DNA of 43,115 nucleotides from a virus (Duplodnaviria; Heunggongvirae; Uroviricota; Caudoviricetes): IMG/VR virus record IMGVR_UViG_2541047802_000010; one strand, 5' to 3'. Shown piece by piece: positions 39,020 to 43,115 of this stretch (position 1 is its first letter; each line of letters starts with the position of its first letter). The notes under the pieces were generated by a model. It saw only the letters and a program-made list of their open reading frames with translations, ran no database searches and was not told where the DNA came from. The position numbers and the translations under genes were made by a program.

Positions 39020-39048
39020 TCAACAATTATTGCTTTGAGTGATATAAT
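39020..39048 (+). promoter_or_regulatory. Putative extended -10 promoter of the three-gene operon
   Basis: TGATATAAT (39040-39048) fits TGnTATAAT; weak -35 TCAACA at 39020-39025; four TTGAGT repeats upstream (38941, 38960, 38973, 39035). Confidence 0.4.
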
Positions 39049-39065
39049 AAACACGGGCGGATGTT

Positions 39066-40280
39066 ATGACTGGAAATATTCACCAGAATTATAATGCAAG
39101 GGATGTAATTAATGCCCCGGAAGTAAAAACAGCAATTTTGCAAAGAAGTCTGTTTCGCCAGGATAATGAGACCATCCAAAAATGGTTACTCAACCATTTT
39201 TATCGATGGCTAATTAGTGACTTTCCAATGGTGCAACAAATTAACTCGCTTGCAGAATATTCACTGTTTAATAAAAATGATGATGTAATCCCGGAATGGC
39301 TGGTATCGAAGTTTAATACTGCCTCAGTATCAACTGCGACACTTTATTATATCGAAACCGATCATCAACAAATATTAACCAAAGAACGGGAGTTGGTGGA
39401 ATTTCTTTCCAGGAAATGTGGTACCCGTCTGGAATCAAAACTACAGCGCATAACCTGCTACGTTGCGTTCAGAATGCGTGAAGAAGAGCATGAAAAGATG
39501 CTTCAACGACGCGAGAAAGGGTGGCAGCCGAGTGAACAAAATACTGTAAAGTCAATACTTGATGTGCCAGACGGAAAAATTGTTGAGTTTGATGCCAGTC
39601 ATTCGAACCTTCGTCGTGAAATGGCTTATGAATCATGGCATATGCAACATTGCGTAGGCCAGTTTGATGATCGAAAAAATCTTACCGGTGGTTATGGTGA
39701 GTATTATGCAAATCAAATTGAGCAACATAAATTACGGTTATTCAGTTTGCGTGATAATAATAATATTCCTCATGTTACTATTGCTCTCAATGTTGTTGGT
39801 GATTCACTTGAAATTGATCAAATAAAAGGTAAGCAAAATCGTCATCCAGTTAAAAAATATGCGGACGATGTTTTGTCTCTTTTGCAACTATTATCACCAC
39901 AAGCAGTTCGACATAGTGATTGTGAAGGTATGGGTATTGTTTATGAAAATACACCTGAATATCAGGGGTGGAAATATGTAACGGAAGTATACGAAACCAG
40001 TTTTTTACTAAGCGTACTACATAATAACTTTCATTTATTAGAACATTTTACAAATCCTTCAGTGGAGTTGCAGTGGTTACTGTTACACAGCGCACCTGAT
40101 AAGTTACATTATCTTAATGCTATTGACCCTATAGTTGCTACTTCTGCGGAAATGTTATTCCCTGGCGCTGAGTGGCATCCGCAATTTGCAGGTCAAAATA
40201 TCAGCAACATTTCCTTTGAGATAGAGAGTTTGACATTACAGACATCTCATTACTTACCCCTGTCAGAGGTTGAAAAATAA
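39066..40280 (+). CDS. Hypothetical protein, 404 aa (first gene of AT-rich three-gene operon)
   Basis: AT-rich ORF; conserved-looking His/Cys cluster WHMQHCVGQFDD; no family I can assign. Confidence 0.65.
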   Translation: MTGNIHQNYNARDVINAPEVKTAILQRSLFRQDNETIQKWLLNHFYRWLISDFPMVQQINSLAEYSLFNKNDDVIPEWLVSKFNTASVSTATLYYIETDHQQILTKERELVEFLSRKCGTRLESKLQRITCYVAFRMREEEHEKMLQRREKGWQPSEQNTVKSILDVPDGKIVEFDASHSNLRREMAYESWHMQHCVGQFDDRKNLTGGYGEYYANQIEQHKLRLFSLRDNNNIPHVTIALNVVGDSLEIDQIKGKQNRHPVKKYADDVLSLLQLLSPQAVRHSDCEGMGIVYENTPEYQGWKYVTEVYETSFLLSVLHNNFHLLEHFTNPSVELQWLLLHSAPDKLHYLNAIDPIVATSAEMLFPGAEWHPQFAGQNISNISFEIESLTLQTSHYLPLSEVEK

Positions 40281-40996
40281 TGAGTCTTATCATTGTTCTC
40301 CTGGTCGCAATATTTATTTTTATCTATAGATACAAAAAAAACAAACCACAAATCGATGCTTTTATTGCTAAAGAAAAAGAAAAGGATCTAATCAAGGACA
40401 AAAGACGAGCAACAAAGAGACGTAAGTGGGCATTAGCAATTGGTGATATAGTTGCTCGTCGTAATGGACTGTCAGTAAATGGCTTCACGTTAGATTTAAA
40501 GTTGACTGATGATAAGCGTCAACAACTTGCACTACAGGTTAAACAAGAGCTAGGAACAGAAACTTACCAAAGCAACGAAGATTTCCGTCAACAAATTGGC
40601 GTTATATTACAGCGCTGGGCTACAGGGCTTGGTAATTCTCCACATGATTTTTACGAACAACTGGCAGCACAAGGCCAGGTTCTGGATGGGCTGGCGTTTG
40701 ACTGTATGCGCACTGCTTTTTTAACTCGTTGCATCGCCGGTTTAGGCTGGTGCGATGAAAACCAGGCCTGGATAGTGTTATTACTGAATGCTCAAAGAGC
40801 ACAAGATTGTTTCGCTTCATGGGAAGATTATGCCAGTGCTTATGTTCGCGCCCGACAAAAATGGTTAATGATATACGATACCCCCGTCGCCACTGCGAAC
40901 CGTGATTTAAAGGAAGTCACTGCATGGTTGAAAGATCCATCCAGTAACTGGAAAAAATTGCCGTGGAATGAATTTAAAATTTTTGAACCTAATTAA
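40280..40996 (+). CDS. Membrane-anchored hypothetical protein, 238 aa
   Basis: Start overlaps upstream stop (TAATG); N-terminal TM helix LIIVLLVAIFIFIY followed by a Lys/Arg-rich stretch; soluble C-terminal domain. Confidence 0.65.
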   Translation: MSLIIVLLVAIFIFIYRYKKNKPQIDAFIAKEKEKDLIKDKRRATKRRKWALAIGDIVARRNGLSVNGFTLDLKLTDDKRQQLALQVKQELGTETYQSNEDFRQQIGVILQRWATGLGNSPHDFYEQLAAQGQVLDGLAFDCMRTAFLTRCIAGLGWCDENQAWIVLLLNAQRAQDCFASWEDYASAYVRARQKWLMIYDTPVATANRDLKEVTAWLKDPSSNWKKLPWNEFKIFEPN

Positions 40997-41006
40997 AAGG
41001 ATATCT

Positions 41007-43115
41007 ATGGAACAGGATGCTCGTTTACTCAGTGCAATGCAAAAGATGTGTGACCAAAAAATGCCACTTAATACTCTTGAGAGAAAATGGCAAATCGCAA
41101 ATATTCCTTATATGTTACAAGAAAAACGTTATCAGGAACTAGATGAAATTTATAACCAGGTATTACAGGAGAGTTTCACTTCTCGTCAGGCTGAAAAGCG
41201 CTATTTTTTATCCTGGACCCAAATGTGCAACTATTTTTATGATATGAACACGCTAGTTGATGCCGGAACAGAAGGTTTAAGACTCATTAAAACCTGGCAG
41301 CAAGCAAGACCTCATTCTACACATGCCTGGCTTGCCGAAGCACAATACTGGAATCACCGTGCATGGTTATATCGCAGTTATGGCTGGGCAAATGATACCA
41401 CACATGCAATGTGGCTTTGTGCTGGTGCATGTAATGAACAAATGGTCATCGCTACACTTAAAGCAATTGATTGTGACCCACGACAATGGATGGCTGCATT
41501 ACTTACCAGCACCAACTCAAAAGTATTTGGTCAGCCAGCCTGGCTGGCGGCACACCTTAACGGTGATAGTGTCGCAGGAATACCATTAATGATCGCACTG
41601 AAAAATTATCACCGCCGCTCCCCGCAAGAAGTGGAAGCGTTGATGGCGTATTCCGGACTTTCGTTTGAGCATGCAATATGCCCCGTTTTGCCTCGCCCCA
41701 ATATACTTCCTGAGTATGATGATGATGGTGGGCAAAAATATTGGCTTTCTGTTTGCCTGACTATTTTTCCTCACACTTTTTATCCTTTTGTTGAATATAT
41801 ACCATTTCGAATGCCACGCTGGGGAGGGTCGCATAAAGAAATTTCCGAATTGCTGGATTCAGTAACCTGTAAGCACTTATCTACCGAAGAACATGACTAT
41901 ATGGATCTCTTACTTTGGTGGGATGATTACCGAGATGTCAGCATTGAGGACATTGCGCCCGAGGAGCAACAATATGCAATCGACTTAGCAGAGAATATTG
42001 CTCAGTACGCACAATTTCAGGAATGTCGCCATAATGCCCTAGAGTGGTTACTTGCCTGCTATAACAAGCAGAACGATCACGATAAGTTGTGGTGCTGTAT
42101 ACAGCGAGCGGTGATGGAAGACATGAAGCTCAATAATTATTACACTGCGTACGCGATAAAATTTGCATTAAGTTATTATCCAGATTCATTCTGGATATAT
42201 AATTTTATCTGCCAAAATTCACAGAATACAACTTATGCTACACCTGTTATTTATAGGGGGTTTTTCCAGCGAGAGGGTATTTTGGGTTTTGAAAAAGATG
42301 AAGGGCAGGGCGATGCTTGGCTGGAAAAAGCTAGTGACATTAAATACAATCATAATTGGCGGTCGGCAATAAAAGATTTGAGTTGGTTTGACCTTTCTGA
42401 TTATTTCATTCCGCTTGCGACAATTGGTAAGCAAAGAAATATTCCTGCCGCATTAAATTTAGTTGCTCTTGAATATTTGGATAAGGAAGACAATACAAAA
42501 TTACCTTATGAACCATCTACAGCTTTGGAGTATTTTCGACGGGCACTTAAAATACTTCAAGATGACCTAAATTTCCATAGCTCGGTATCTTATCCACTGG
42601 TAAAAAATTATGGTTATAGCGAACATCAACAAGATCTACAAAATATTTATTTTAGCATTGCTATCTGCTACCAGGCACTAAATAAACAAGAAATTTCTAA
42701 AGAAACACGGGCTATTTATGAAAAAAATCTCCTTGACAATTTATTTCTGGCTCATGAAGCTGGACATGAAAAAGCATGGGGGCTTTTTTTACTTAATATC
42801 TTTGAGGTGAAAGAACTCTCACTTGCTCATTTGCACCTCCAACAGGTACAAGAAGAAGCGAATAAAGGTACGCTCGAAGCAATGATTACTTTGTCGCGCC
42901 TGTATGGTAACAAAGAAGATGAAAAACTGTTTAACATGAAACTCAGTGCGCGCTGGACACATTTTGCCGAGTCTTTATATCCAGATAACGAAATTATTGC
43001 AGATTGCCTTTATCATCTCCATTTCTCCAGCCTGTGGAAACGCTGTCGTTATGCCTGGTATACCTTTCGTATTCCAGCTAGCGAATTACCCGGCCAGGTT
43101 AACAGTATGGTGTAA
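41007..43115 (+). CDS. Hypothetical protein, 702 aa, Trp/Tyr-rich with helical-repeat-like C-terminal region
   Basis: Start chosen at MEQDARLL (AAGGA SD upstream); overlaps the end of the previous gene; stop is the last codon of the window. Confidence 0.65.
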   Translation: MEQDARLLSAMQKMCDQKMPLNTLERKWQIANIPYMLQEKRYQELDEIYNQVLQESFTSRQAEKRYFLSWTQMCNYFYDMNTLVDAGTEGLRLIKTWQQARPHSTHAWLAEAQYWNHRAWLYRSYGWANDTTHAMWLCAGACNEQMVIATLKAIDCDPRQWMAALLTSTNSKVFGQPAWLAAHLNGDSVAGIPLMIALKNYHRRSPQEVEALMAYSGLSFEHAICPVLPRPNILPEYDDDGGQKYWLSVCLTIFPHTFYPFVEYIPFRMPRWGGSHKEISELLDSVTCKHLSTEEHDYMDLLLWWDDYRDVSIEDIAPEEQQYAIDLAENIAQYAQFQECRHNALEWLLACYNKQNDHDKLWCCIQRAVMEDMKLNNYYTAYAIKFALSYYPDSFWIYNFICQNSQNTTYATPVIYRGFFQREGILGFEKDEGQGDAWLEKASDIKYNHNWRSAIKDLSWFDLSDYFIPLATIGKQRNIPAALNLVALEYLDKEDNTKLPYEPSTALEYFRRALKILQDDLNFHSSVSYPLVKNYGYSEHQQDLQNIYFSIAICYQALNKQEISKETRAIYEKNLLDNLFLAHEAGHEKAWGLFLLNIFEVKELSLAHLHLQQVQEEANKGTLEAMITLSRLYGNKEDEKLFNMKLSARWTHFAESLYPDNEIIADCLYHLHFSSLWKRCRYAWYTFRIPASELPGQVNSMV

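Noticed and set aside
1..43115. CRISPR arrays, tRNA or rRNA genes
   Set aside because: No regularly spaced direct repeats with unique spacers and no tRNA-like cloverleaf regions were seen; the only RNA gene I can support is cyaR.

Overview
The window is an Escherichia-like chromosomal segment carrying a complete but apparently defective P2-family prophage (about 647 to 37072) integrated at the 3' end of the sRNA gene cyaR. It is flanked by yegR on the left and cyaR plus yegQ/trhP on the right. The same 27-bp core AAAAAATAAGCCCGTGTAAGGGAGATT is present at both ends (647-673 and 37046-37072). The phage backbone is essentially P2 gene for gene: int, C, cox, B, A, cos, Q, P, O, N, M, L, X, Y, K, lysA/B/C, R, S, V, W, J, I, H, G, FI, FII, E/E', T, U, D, ogr. 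Two lesions suggest it is not viable: an IS21-family element (13200-15780, 5-bp target duplication CCAGT) splits the major capsid gene N, and the integrase reading frame is broken near 1067-1110. Three AT-rich cargo loci sit at the classic P2 variable positions: (1) a single 610-aa gene between A and cos, where P2 carries old/tin; (2) a RelA/SpoT-like toxSAS gene resembling the fused toxin-antitoxin CapRel, between S and V; (3) between G and FI, where P2 carries Z/fun, a three-gene module (280-aa unknown protein, a roughly 195-aa catalytic-domain-only tyrosine recombinase, a 3-TM membrane protein) bracketed by copies of a 15-bp motif GCAGACTGTCAGATT. A fourth AT-rich unit, a tight three-gene operon (404 aa, 238 aa membrane-anchored, 702 aa), lies outside the prophage upstream of yegQ. 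I regard cargo loci 1 and 3 and the three-gene operon as the best candidates for an undescribed system, most plausibly phage defence, but I could not assign any of them to a known family from sequence alone. All homology statements are from reading the translations and from memory, not from database searches.
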